Assembly (NCBI GenBank): GCA_038087875.1
Contig: CM076000.1
Coordinates: 1,116,001 to 1,180,000, forward strand
Origin: Malacoraja senta
Lineage: Eukaryota
Direction: 5' to 3'
DNA: 64,000 nt
This document shows, in pieces, positions 52,330-63,655 of the stretch (positions are counted from its first letter, which is position 1; every line of letters starts with the position of its first letter). The notes under the pieces are model-generated. The model searched no databases and had not been told where the DNA came from. It was given only the letters and a program-made list of their open reading frames with translations. Made by a program: the position numbers and the translations under genes.

Positions 52330-52383
52330 GGGGTGGGAGATTGCAACCTTCACGTGGTCCACCCTGTTTCGACTAATGCAATC
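52330..52383 (+). ncRNA. Minimal HDV-like (nested double-pseudoknot) ribozyme, predicted
   Basis: P1 GGGGTGG/CCACCCT (G1.U wobble), P2 GATTGCA/TGCAATC, P3 ACC/GGT, 7-nt L3 TTCACGT, P4 reduced to a TTCG loop, J4/2 CTAA. Confidence 0.8.
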
Positions 52384-52457
52384 AACCTGATGTGCACAAA
52401 CAAATAGAACATGTTGACCTACAACTTTAGGGTGTGCACGCCATGCGCAAGAAGAAG
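52330..52457 (+). mobile_element. ~128-bp non-autonomous Ingi/Vingi-like retro-insertion
   Basis: TSD AATGTGGAGAGA(G) at 52318-52330 and 52458-52470; (GAA)n tail; 3' part reads IEHVDLQL*, similar to the STKLQV* end of the 40638-41291 element. Confidence 0.78.
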
Positions 52458-52773
52458 AATGTGGAGAGAGAGCCGGGGGGGGGGGGGGGGGGCGGGAAAG
52501 AGGTCGATGTTTGTATTTAGTGCAGTGATAGTTCTACAAGAGAATAAACTAATTGCATTTTAGGATTAAAAGGAAACAAATATTTGGTGGTTAAACTTGA
52601 GATTAAAAGTGGGTTTAAAACAAACAGATTTGGATCCTCGAATAAGTTCTTTTCACGAAGCACCAAGCAACAATTTTTTTTTTTTTTTTAAACAGGATTT
52701 TCAACATAATTATTGCCATATTTTATGTCCACACTAGTAAAGTTGAGATTTTTATATACAAAAAGAAACATAC

Positions 52774-52868
52774 CTGGTTCATCAGAGAAAGATCATTTGA
52801 GGCTTTTTTACTCTTAACTAAGTCTTCAAGCATTTTTTTCAATTGACGTTGGTGATCAATTGCTTCAC
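52774..52868 (-). CDS. TBC1D8: TBC1D8 coding exon
   Basis: caaaag|GT...CAG|gtatg on -, 95 nt. Translates EAIDHQRQLKKMLEDLVKSKKASNDLSLMNQ, similar to DAVDYQKQLKQMIKDLAKEK...MSQ. Confidence 0.88.
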
Positions 52869-52982
52869 CTTTTGGAGGAGAGACCCATAATTAAAGGAGG
52901 CAAAAAACCCAAATTTAGCACAACAGCAGCGATTCTCGTCGATTTGCTTCACCTAACCTGGCCATATTAAAGCGTAGAGCAT

Positions 52983-55900
52983 GTGAGCGTAGAGACAGAG
53001 GAGTGTAAAATGAGGGTAGAAGCAATAGGTAGCAAGGTGAAAAGTAAAAGTGGAAGACAGACAAAACCAGGGCAAAAATCAAAAAGGGCCACTTTTCAAC
53101 ATAATTGTATAAGGGGTAAGAGTGTTGTAAAAACAAGCCTGAAGGCTTTGTGTCTCAATGCAAGGAGCATTCGTAATAAGGTGGATGAGTTGAGTGTGCA
53201 GATAGCTATTAATGACTATGATATAGTTGGGATCACGGAGACATGGCTCCAGGGTGACCAAGGCTGGGAGCTGAACATCCAGGGATATTCAATATTCAGG
53301 AGGGATAGAGAGAAAGGAAAAGGAGGTGGGGTAGCATTGCTGGTTAGAGAGGAGATTAACGCAGTGGAAAGGAAGGACATTAGCTTGGAGGATGTGGAAT
53401 CGGTATGGGTAGAGCTGCGAAACACTAAGGGGCAGAAAACGCTGGTGGGTGTTGTGTACAGGCCACCTAGCAGTAGTAGTGAAGTTGGGGATGGCATCAA
53501 ACAGGAAATTAGAAATGCGTGCGACAAAGGCAAAACTTATAATGGGTGACTTCAATCTACATATAGATTGGGTGAATCAAATTGGCAGGGGTGCTGAGGA
53601 AGAGGATTTCTTGGAATGTATGCGGGATAGTTATCTAAATCAACATGTAGAGGAACCAACGAGAGAGCAGGCTATTTTAGACTGGGTATTGAGTAATGAG
53701 GAAGGGTTAGTTAGCAGTCTTGTTGTACGTGCCCCCTTGGGCAAGAGTGACCATAATATGGTTGAGTTCTTCATTAGGATGGAGAGTGACATTGTTAATT
53801 CAGAAACAATGGTTCTGAACTTAAAGAAAGGTAACTTTGAGGGTATGAGACATGAATTGGCCATGATTGACTGGCAATTAATTCTAAAAGGGTTGACGGT
53901 GGACATGCAATGGAAGACATTTAAAGACTGCATGGATGAACTACAAAAATTGTTCATCCCAGTTTGGCAAAAGAATAAATCAGGGAAGGTAGTGCATCCG
54001 TGGATAACAAGGGAAATCAGGGATGGTATCAAAGCGAAAGATGATGCGTACAAATTAGCCAGAAAAAGCAGCATACCAGAGGACTGGGAGAAATTCAGAG
54101 ACCAGCAGAGGAGGACAAAGGGCTTAATTAGGAAAGGAAAAATAGATTATGAAAGAAAACTGGCAGGGAACATAAAAACTGACTGCAAAAGTTTTTATAA
54201 ATATGTAAAAAGAAAGAGATTAGTTAAAACAAATGTAGGTCCCTTGCAGTCAGAAACAGGTGAGTTGATCATGGGGAACAAGGATATGGCGGACCAATTG
54301 AATAACTACTTTGGTTCCGTCTTCACTAAGGAAGACATAAATAATCTGCCGGAAATAGCAGGGGACCGTGGGTCAAAGGAGTTGGAGGAATTGAGTGAAA
54401 TCCAGGTTAGTCGGGAAGTGGTTTTGGGTAAATTGAATGGATTAAAGGCCGATAAATCCCCAGGGCCAGATAGGCTGCATCCCAGAGTACTTAAGGAAGT
54501 AGCTCCAGAAATAGTGGATGCATTAGTAATAATCTTTCAAAATTCTTTAGATTCTGGAGTAGTTCCTGAGGATTGGCGGGTAGCAAACGTAACCCCACTT
54601 TTTAAGAAGGGAGGGATAGAGAAAACGGGGAATTACAGACCAGTTAGTCTAACATCGGTAGTGGGGAAACTGCTAGAGTCAGTTATTAAAGATGGGATAG
54701 CAGCACATTTGGAAAGTGGTGAAATCATTGGACAAAGTCAGCATGGATTTACGAAAGGTAAATCATGTCTGACGAATCTTATAGAATTTTTCGAGGATGT
54801 AACTAGTAGCGTGAATAGGGGAGAACCAGTGGATGTGGTGTGTCTGGACTTCCAGAAGGCTTTCGACAAGGTCCCACATAAGAGATTAGTATACAAACTT
54901 AAAGCACATGGCATTGGGGGTTCAGTATTGATGTGGATAGAGAACTGGCTGGCAAACAGGAAGCAAAGAGTAGGAGTAAACGGGTCCTTTTCACAATGGC
55001 AGGCAGTGACTAGTGGGGTACCGCAAGGCTCAGTGCTGGGTCCCCAGCTATTTACAATATATATTAATGACCTGGATGAGGGAATTGAAGGCAATATCTC
55101 CAAGTTTGCGGATGACACTAAGCTGGGGGGCAGTGTTAGCTGTGAGGAGGATGCTAGGAGACTGCAAGGTGACTTGGATAGGCTGGGTGAGTGGGCAAAT
55201 GTTTGGCAGATGCAGTATAATGTGGATAAATGTGAGGTTATCCATTTTGGTGGCAAAAACAGGAAAGCAGACTATTTTCTAAATGGTGGCCGACTAGGAA
55301 AAGGGGAGATGCAGCGAGACCTGGGTGTCATGGTACACCAGTCATTGAAAGTAGGCATGCAGGTGCAGCAGGCAGTGAAGAAAGCGAATGGTATGTTGGC
55401 TTTCATAGCAAAAGGATTTGAGTATAGGAGCAGGGAGGTTCTACTGCAGTTGTACAGGGTCTTGGTGAGACCACACCTGGAGTATTGCGTACAGTTTTGG
55501 TCTCCAAATCTGAGGAAGGACATTATTGCCATAGAGGGAGTGCAGAGAAGGTTCACCAGACTGATTCCTGGGATGTCAGGACTGTCTTATGAAGAAAGAC
55601 TGGATAGACTTGGTTTATACTCTCTAGAATTTAGGAGATTGAGAGGGGATCTTATAGAAACTTACAAACTAGATGCAGGAAGATTGCTCCCGATGTTGGG
55701 GAAGTCCAGGACAAGGGGTCACAGCTTAAGGATAAGGGGGAAATCCTTTAAAACCGAGATGAGAAGAACTTTTTTCACACAGAGAGTGGTGAATCTCTGG
55801 AACTCTCTGCCACAGAGGGTAGTCGAGGCCAGTTCATTGGCTATATTTAAGAGGGAGCTAGGTGTGGCCCTTGTGGCTAAAGGGATCAGAGGGTATGGAG

Positions 55901-56014
55901 AGAAGGCAGGTACGGGATACTGAGTTGGATGATCAGCCATGATCATATTGAATGGCGGTGCAGGCTCGAAGGGCCGAATGGCCTACTCCTGCACCTAATT
56001 TCTATGTTTCTATG
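52983..56014 (+). mobile_element. CR1 LINE with near-complete ORF2 (APE endonuclease + RT), one frameshift
   Basis: LNARSIRNK, GITETWL, GGGVALLV, GVVYRPP, then a frameshift at ~53533, IMGDFN, SDH, RT motifs (QGSVLGP, FADD) and stop at 55923; tail TTTCTATGTTTCTATG. Confidence 0.96.
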
Positions 56015-56539
56015 ATACCATGTATCTAACACTTTGAACTGGTGGATGTGACTGCTTTATACCAGCATCAAACATCCTGAGCAAGCTAAGAGTGAATTAG
56101 AGACAGTCTCACCAAATGCATGCAAGTAAAATAACCAATGGAACAAATAATGATACTGATAAGGTGCCACATGGGAGACAACAGTTGGCCAGAGGTGAGG
56201 AATTCTGTGCAAATCAACTCCCAACACATATCCACCATCTACAAGGCTCACTTCGGAGCTTGATGAAATACTCTCCACGTGGCTGGTGAGTGAGCAGCTT
56301 CATAATCACTCATACAGGGCATAGTAGCCCACTTGATAAGCACCCCATTTACACACTTCATCACAGTAGCAGCTGTTTGTACAGGATGCACTGCAGTATT
56401 TCACAACGAGTTCTTGGACAGCACTTTCCAAACCTACATCTCCCAGTTGGAAGGACAAGGGCAGCAAAAGAATAAGAGTACACTACTTGGAAGGTACCCT
56501 CAAAGCCGTACGCCATGCCTACTTGGAAATATATTGCCA

Positions 56540-57220
56540 CCAGGGGCTCCGCACGATTGGCAGCCCCGCCAACAGTTTGTCTGCTTTTTCATCTTTTTAA
56601 ATTTTTTGATGTGTGTTAAAAGTTTGTGTAAATGTTCTCCGGTTTGTTTTATGTGGGGGTGGGGGTCGGGGGAAACTTTTTTTCAGTTTCTTACCTTGCT
56701 GGAGATGCGATTATTTTCCAGATCGCATCTCCGGTCGCTCTGCGGCCTACCATCAATGGAGCTGGAGGCCTCCTCGGACTGACATTGAGACCCACCGCAG
56801 GGCGTGGACTTAACATTGGAGCCGATCCCTTGCCTGCAGACTTTACCATCGTGAGCTCGCAGTCTCGGGAGAGACAGAGGATGTCGGGAGTTCCAAAGAT
56901 GCAGAGGTTCGACCAGCCCCGATGGGTTTGATCACTGGCACGGGGGAGCTAAGATCCCCCCGATGCAGGAGCTGATCGCCCCGATGAAGTCAAGATCGTC
57001 CCGTCAACAGAGGCCTCGAGGCCCCCGACCGTGGAAGATCAATGAAGGGAAGAGATTTGAACTTTTTTCACCTTCCATCACAGTGAGGAATGCGGAGGAG
57101 TCACTGTGGTGGATGTTTATGTTAAAATGTGTTTTGTTGCTTTTATTTGTATGACTGACTTGGCAAATGAAATTCCTCGTATGTTGCAAAACATACTTGG
57201 TTAATAAAGTGTGATTGTGT
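56540..57220 (+). mobile_element. Probable SINE-like or LINE 3'-UTR repeat, family unresolved
   Basis: GC-rich body with short internal repeats, ending GAAATTCCTCGTATG...AATAAAGTGTGATTGTG like the Rex1-type tails elsewhere in the window. Confidence 0.4.
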
Positions 57221-57294
57221 GTTCCTTCACCACAGCCGAGTTTGCGTAATTAATTAAAATACCTCAGAAATTTTAGGAATAAATGTATACTTGC

Positions 57295-57384
57295 TATTTG
57301 GTTTTCGAAAGTAATCCGATTGAATACTTGAAATGAAGGTTGTTCTCAGAGGAGAAAAGCTGGTTGCCTCATCATCACTGCAAG
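57295..57384 (-). CDS. TBC1D8: TBC1D8 coding exon ending at a GC splice donor
   Basis: ttccag|CT...AAT A|gcaagt on -, 90 nt, phase 1-1. Translates (A)CSDDEATSFSPLRTTFISSIQSDYFRKPN, aligning to ALTENDRDSQSPLRNPLLSTSRPLVFGKPN (human, from memory). Confidence 0.8.
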
Positions 57385-57644
57385 CTGGAAAATTGAGACT
57401 ACGTTTCAATGATCAAATCAGGCACAAAAACTGCAAACAGAACGTAACACCTTAATAAACTAGAAACAAATCTGTTGAAAACCCAAGCTGTTGATGCAAG
57501 TTTTCATCATGTGGACTCTCGCTCAGAGAGATTGTGCCTAGAGATTTTTGCAAGTTGAATACCTTGCTTTGACTTTTAACCACCTCCTTCTTGAGTAGAT
57601 GGTATTGTAGAATCCATGGATAATACCCAGCATAATTTATTTCC

Positions 57645-58375
57645 ATGGATTTATTTTTGCCCCTTCATTATGGACCATGGTGAATTTACCAAAGAAATTA
57701 AAAGTCTCATTGCAATTTTCTGAAATTTTCTTGTAGATGACATGGACTCGTGTTTTTCAGTTTTGAATGTGCTGGAGTAGCCAAGGAGTTGGCACTGTTG
57801 CATCACTGGTGTAGAAAGAACTACAAGCCAAACTGAAAGACAAATTAGGCCGTTGGATGCAAGAGCAGCCACATCACACCACCTTTCTTCAACTCCAAAA
57901 AGACTTTTCCTCGTACAAGCCAGACCAATTCAAATGGATTGCAGAGATGTAAAAAAATTCATGATTCATTTCTCCCGTTGCATAAATAATACTTATGCCA
58001 TCCAACAATAGAGCACATTTGTCAATATTGTATCAGTATTATTGTAGGATTTTTGGTTTTACAATAATAAACACATTTTTTAGCTCTGGCTTGGGTTGTA
58101 ATATTGTAGTGCATTTATATATAGCACAATGTCCTAACATCAATAAGATGTGGCTGTTTTATTGCATCCAACATTACTAATTTGTCTCGCAGTTTGGTTT
58201 GTAGTTCTAATTGCACCAGTGGTGGACCAGTGCCAAGCCACTCCTTGACTACTCGTGCACAAACTGAAGTCCATGTCATCTTCAAGAATACTTTAGGAAA
58301 TTGAAATAGGATTATTTGTTGTTACTTTGGTGAATTCTCCATGATTCATATAACAAAAAGGGACAAATAAATCTA
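57645..58375. repeat. Diverged long inverted repeat
   Basis: 57645-57930 aligns with the reverse complement of 58081-58375 in colinear blocks. Confidence 0.8.
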
Positions 58376-58958
58376 AAGGCAGGGTTGGTGCCCAAAGCTT
58401 GGTCAAGTTTGAAAACTTGTTCATATTTGAGGAATAGAATTCCAGAGCACAGACAAGTAGCAGAAAGCCTAAATGCTGGTGGTTGAGTGGGAATTGAATA
58501 GCGATTGAGGTGGAGTGGGTTTCACAGCAAGCCCAACATAAGAACAGATCAATTGACAGGGTTGGGAAATACATTGCATGAATGGATAAGGACACTAAGT
58601 TAAGTTTTGTGGAACCTGTGAATGGAAAATAATTGGACTAAAGTTCATGTTGGTCATCAAGGGCAGAGGTAACAAGCTAATGGAATGGTACAGGCTAAGA
58701 TGCCAGCACAAATATATTACACAAGTTACATTTTACATGGAGTGAAACATGGGATCCCAACCACCATCTGGTATATGTACAAACAATAAATATTTTAAGT
58801 ATAAAGGAACTAAAAACCCAGGTACTATGAATTAGTGCTATTCATGCAGCACAGGCTCAGTATAACAATCAGATCCCCAACAGAAATTGACTAACCAAAA
58901 TTGAGTCAACATTTTCAATTAAGCACGATTCTTGATCTTTACACAAGGATTACCTTAC

Positions 58959-59024
58959 CTGGTGGAATGTGGAGTCTGTACAACAGTCTGAGATTTTCAC
59001 TGAAATCACCGTAGTACATTAAAT
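58959..59024 (-). CDS. TBC1D8: TBC1D8 coding exon
   Basis: tgtag|AT...CCA G|gtaag on -, 66 nt. Translates (D)LMYYGDFSENLRLLYRLHIPP. Confidence 0.94.
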
Positions 59025-59206
59025 CTACATGGAAAATTAGAACAATTATTCAAACAAATCCCACTTTTGTCCACACTCATTCAGTAGATTTGAAGTATTT
59101 ATTTTGAAGCTTATTTTGGAATCAGAAAGTATCCTGGAATAATTTGAGCCAGACAGTGTATACACATCTACATTAATAAGTATACATAAATGAAAAAAAC
59201 ATTTAC

Positions 59207-59447
59207 CTAAACAGCTGACCAGTTCTTTGAAGTCAATGAGAGAATCAGCATTTTCATCTAAAAGTCGAAATATCCGCTGGGCTAGAACACGAGTATGGCT
59301 TCCCCAGGTCCAGGGACTCAGAAGACAGAAGAGGCTGCTGAACTGGAGACTATTTATCCTGTACTGTTCCAGGTATGGGAGGCTGGGATCATGGTGCAGT
59401 GTCGCTGAATCGTTTCCACCCCAGTAACAACTTAAAAGATGCTCCCT
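59207..59447 (-). CDS. TBC1D8: TBC1D8 coding exon (EF-hand region)
   Basis: attag|AGG...TTA G|gtaaat on -, 241 nt. Translates REHLLSCYW...HDPSLPYLEQYRI...FRLLDENADSLIDFKELVSCL. Confidence 0.95.
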
Positions 59448-60409
59448 CTAATTTATTTTAAAGAAAAAGGTAAATATTATTCCCAGTGTTGTGTTTGCAT
59501 TTAAATTGTTTTAAATTACACATAGAAAAAGGACAAAAACATTCTTAGCATTATGTTATCCAATGACATTTTGCAACGAGTTTCCTTTTTCTTACCTCTT
59601 CATATCCAGAATATTACATATCAATTGCCCACCCTCCTTAGCAGTTGTTTCCCAAGTGAAACCACTGAGTTCTGGTTTGCTCGCAGAAATCAAATATCTG
59701 TCAGTAAATTCAATCCAAGCATTTTCCCTGTAATGGGGGTAGTGAATGGACCACAACTGATTCTCATCATTGGAGGAATTGGGAGGTTAAATACCTGCAA
59801 GGGCAACAAAAGCATCTAGGACTGGAACATTTTTTGGATGGTAACCAGTGCTGTTTTTGTAGACCAAAAGGTGCCGGTACTCATATGTTCCTTGCTGTTG
59901 TCTATAGCAGATTATTGTCTTACACGCAGCTGAAAATGATTAAGGGCCTGATCGCTTAGTTTAATTAAAAAACATTTAAACTTTAGTAACTTTTTGTAAT
60001 AATAGAACTGATCTTTTAAAATACTAAATACATGAAAATTTTGTTTAATTTTCTTTAATGTGTTTATTTATTTATTTATTTAAAAATTTTTTTTTAAAAA
60101 GAAGAAAAAAAAGGTGCCAGCCAGTAAGTAGTTCTGGTGCAAACTGTCACAAAACCATTGATGGTACAAAGTATCATGGTAACACTGGTTTCATGTCCTG
60201 GTAACACTGCCAGATTCAGCAATAAATGAAAATCCCAAAAAATGTCAAATGTCCAAGATATAATTAGAAAATATTTGAAACTGAGCACTTCAGAGAGGAC
60301 CTGTGGAATGATCAACAGGACAATAATTCTGGGTGAAAACCAGCCCAGAAGAGCCTATGACTGGAAATGTTGGGTTGGTTTCTTTTTTCACAGTAGTTTC
60401 CTTTAGAAA

Positions 60410-60710
60410 TACAGCATGGAAACAGGACCTTTAGCCCATCGATTCCACGCCAACCATTGGTCACCTGTTCACATGAGTTCTATACAAAATTCACTTTCAC
60501 ATCCACTCGCTGTACATCAGGGTCATTTAAATTTTTTTTAAACGTACAAACCCGCACGTCTTTGGGATCTGGGAGGAACCAGGAGACCCGGAGAAAACTC
60601 ACATGGTCACATGGAAAAAGCACAAACTCCACACAGACAGCTGCAGAGGTTGGGATTGAACCTGGGTCGCTGGCAAGGTGAGGCAGCAGCTCTACCAGCT
60701 ACTCCACCAG
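60410..60710 (-). mobile_element. tRNA-derived SINE (HE1/V-SINE-like); a second decayed copy at ~60820-61020
   Basis: Reverse complement similarity to 45908-46205. Confidence 0.7.
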
Positions 60711-61226
60711 GCTAGCTGCATTTTTCCAACATCGTCTGTTTTTGTTACCAGATTGCATTAGATACTGTTATCAGTTTGCAATTTAAAGGTGTCAATACAT
60801 AATGACCTACTTCAGATTCCCTGCCACCCACTTGGGGTAGTTTACAGGACAACTAACCTGGTGCAAGTCTTGGGGAAGGGGGCGGGGGTGTATGGGAAAA
60901 CTGGAGGATCCATGAAAACCCAAGGTGTCAGGGAGACTGTGCCAACTCCACACACACAGACTTTCATGGTCAGCACCAAATCCCGGTAGATTGAGATATA
61001 CGGCACCAGCAGTACCACACACATCTAAAACTTTTAAAAACCACTAACCCCTGTGCTGTTCAAAAGGCAAGGTCTTAAATTATTTTGCAAGTCAATTGAT
61101 TACACACTAGCAATGTTTTAAATATCTTTCTAAATAATAACAATTACTTTGCCTCAAACGTTTTAAATTTAGAAGATAGGAAAATTACCCCAAATAAAAA
61201 TTTAGAGTATGCATTAACGAACTCAC

Positions 61227-61295
61227 CTTAAATAGATCATAGAGTTCTCCAAGTTCTTCAGTACTAAATGAAACATCTGGCGCCACAACTCTGAG
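61227..61295 (-). CDS. TBC1D8: TBC1D8 coding exon (gene continues beyond window)
   Basis: tgtag|CTC...AAG|gtgagt on -, 69 nt. Translates LRVVAPDVSFSTEELGELYDLFK. Confidence 0.94.
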
Positions 61296-61613
61296 CTACA
61301 AAGTAATATATATTAATATTAAAACTCTCTGGGCCTGCCTTTAGCTGCAAAACTAATAGCTTGAAAAATCAATTACATTTTAGGAGAGCAGAATTCAAAA
61401 GTTTCAATCACTCTAGGTGCCCATACATGAAGCCCCGATCTGCCTGACCAATAAAAGGAGACTTATAATTAACAAAAAAAAAGTTTAATTCATGCACATG
61501 TGACACTTCTCCAATTCACTAACTTCTTTCACTTCAAGTTCCTGCTGCCAATAAGTCATTTTGCCCATATATTAGCAGTTCTCCTTGATCACATTAATAC
61601 TTCACTTATCTAG

Positions 61614-62432
61614 TCAAGTCAAGTGAGTTTATTGTCATGTGTCCCTGATAGGATAATGAAATTCTTGCTTTGCTTCAGCACAACAGAACATAGTAGGCAT
61701 TGACTACAAGGCATTCTATAAATATATACACACATGAATCAATATACTGATAAAGTGCAAATAACAGTATTGGCTAATAAAGTTCAGTGTTATGTCTGAG
61801 CCAGGTTTAATAGCCTGATGGCTGTGGAGAAGTAGCTGTTCCTGAACCTGGTCGTTGCAGTCTTCAGGCTCCTGTACCTTCTACCTGAAGGTAGTAGGGA
61901 GATGAGTGTGTGGCCAGGATGGTGTGGGTCCTTGATGATACTGCCAGCCTTTTTGAGGCAGCGACTGTGATAGATCCCCTCGATGGAAGGGAGGTCAGAG
62001 CCGATGATGGACTGGGCAGTGTTTACTACTTTTTGTAGTCTTTTCCTCTCCAGGGCGCTCAAGTTGCCGAACCAAGCCACGATGCAACCGGTCAGCATGC
62101 TCTCTACTGTGCACCTGTAGAAGTTAGAGAGAGTCCTCCTTGACAAACCGACTCTCCGTAATCTTCTCAGGAAGTAGAGGCGCTGATGTGCTTTCTTAAT
62201 AATGGCATCAGTGTTCTCGGACCAGGAAAGATCTTCACAGATGTGCTCGCCCAGGAATTTGAAGCTCTTGACCCTTTCAACCATCAACCCGTTGATATAA
62301 ACGGGACTGTGGGTCCCCATCCTACTCCTTCCAAAGTCCACAATCAGTTCCTTGGTTTTGCTGGTGTTGAGGGCCAGGTTATTGTGCTGGCACCATATGG
62401 ACAGTTGCTCGGTCTCTCTTCTATACTCAGAC
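61614..62432 (-). mobile_element. Rex1/Babar-like LINE 3' fragment
   Basis: WCQHNNLALNTSKTKELIVDF...FKFLG...KKAHQRLYFLRRL...LLPSGRRYRS; (CTTGA)n tail. Confidence 0.88.
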
Positions 62433-62645
62433 TTTATATCTAGCATCCCAATTATCAGAATGATCAGAGTTCCTTATTATACCATATGACAATTGTGCAT
62501 TTCAATGTTCTGTGTCATCTTTGACTTTATATCAGTAATGCACTTGAGAGGTGAAAGACAAAAAAAAGCTTGCTGCCAAACCTGCAAATGTTTTAAGTAA
62601 ATTCTATATTCAGGATTAATATTGTCAATATTAATAATTATGAGT

Positions 62646-63655
62646 TATATAGTCATAGCGTCATATAGTGCAGAAACAGTCCCTTCGGCCCAACTTGCCC
62701 CCTTCGGCCCAACATGTCCCATCCACATTTGTCGCACCTGCCTGCGTTTGGCCCATATCCCCTTTAAACTTGTCCTACCCATGTACCTGTTCAAATGTTT
62801 CTTAAACGCTGCGATACTACCTGCCTCAACTACCTCTTCCGGCAGCTCATTCCATTCTCCCACCACCCTGTGTGTGAAAACATTGTTCCTCAGGTTCCTA
62901 TTAAATCTATCCCCCCCCCCCTCCAACTCACTGTAAACTGGGCGAGAGACTCTATCTGATCTATTCCTTTCATGATTTTGGACACTTCTATAAGATCACC
63001 CTGCGCTCCAAGGAAGAGTTCTTGCCTGCTTAACCTGTCCCTATAGTTCAGACCCTCGAATCCTGGAAACATCCTTGTAAATTTTCTCTGCGCACTTTCT
63101 AGCTTGACAAAATCTTTTCTACAACATGGTGCCCAGAACAGAACAACTAACTGCAACATGACCTCCCAACTTCCACACGCAATACTTGACCGATGAAGGC
63201 CAATGTTCCAAAATCTTTTTTGACCACCCTATTTACCTGTGGTGCCACTTTTAACGAACTATGTACCTAGATCCTTCAGCTGTACAACATCCTCCAGAGT
63301 CATACTATTCACTGTGTAGGTCCTGTCCATGTTAGTCTTCCCAAAATGCAACACGTCACATTTCTCTGGATTAAATTCCATCAATCATTCCTCAGGCCAC
63401 CTGGCCAACCGATCAAGATCCTGCTGCAATTTTTGATAACTATCTTCACTATCTACAATACCACCCACGTTAATGTCATCTGCAAGCCTGCTAATCATGC
63501 CATGTACAATCTCATCTAAACCATTGATGTAGATGACAAACAGCTATGGGCACAACAAAGAACCCTGAGACACACCACTAGTCACAGGCCTCCAGGCCTA
63601 AATGCAACCTTTCACCATCACCATCTGGTTCCTTCCACAAAGCCAATTTTCTATC
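62646..63655 (-). mobile_element. Degenerate CR1 3' fragment
   Basis: FWAP..RKDFVKLESAQRKFTRM and FTHRVVGEWNELPEEVVEAG on -. Confidence 0.88.

Noticed and set aside
57452..57646. Minus-strand ORF as the missing TBC1D8 exon
   Set aside because: Stops in frame before a usable donor and lacks similarity; the better exon is 57295-57384.
59846..60160. Possible old hAT MITE (CAGTG...CATTG with ATGGTAAC/ATGGTACA flanks)
   Set aside because: TIR and TSD matches are too imperfect to support without a repeat search.
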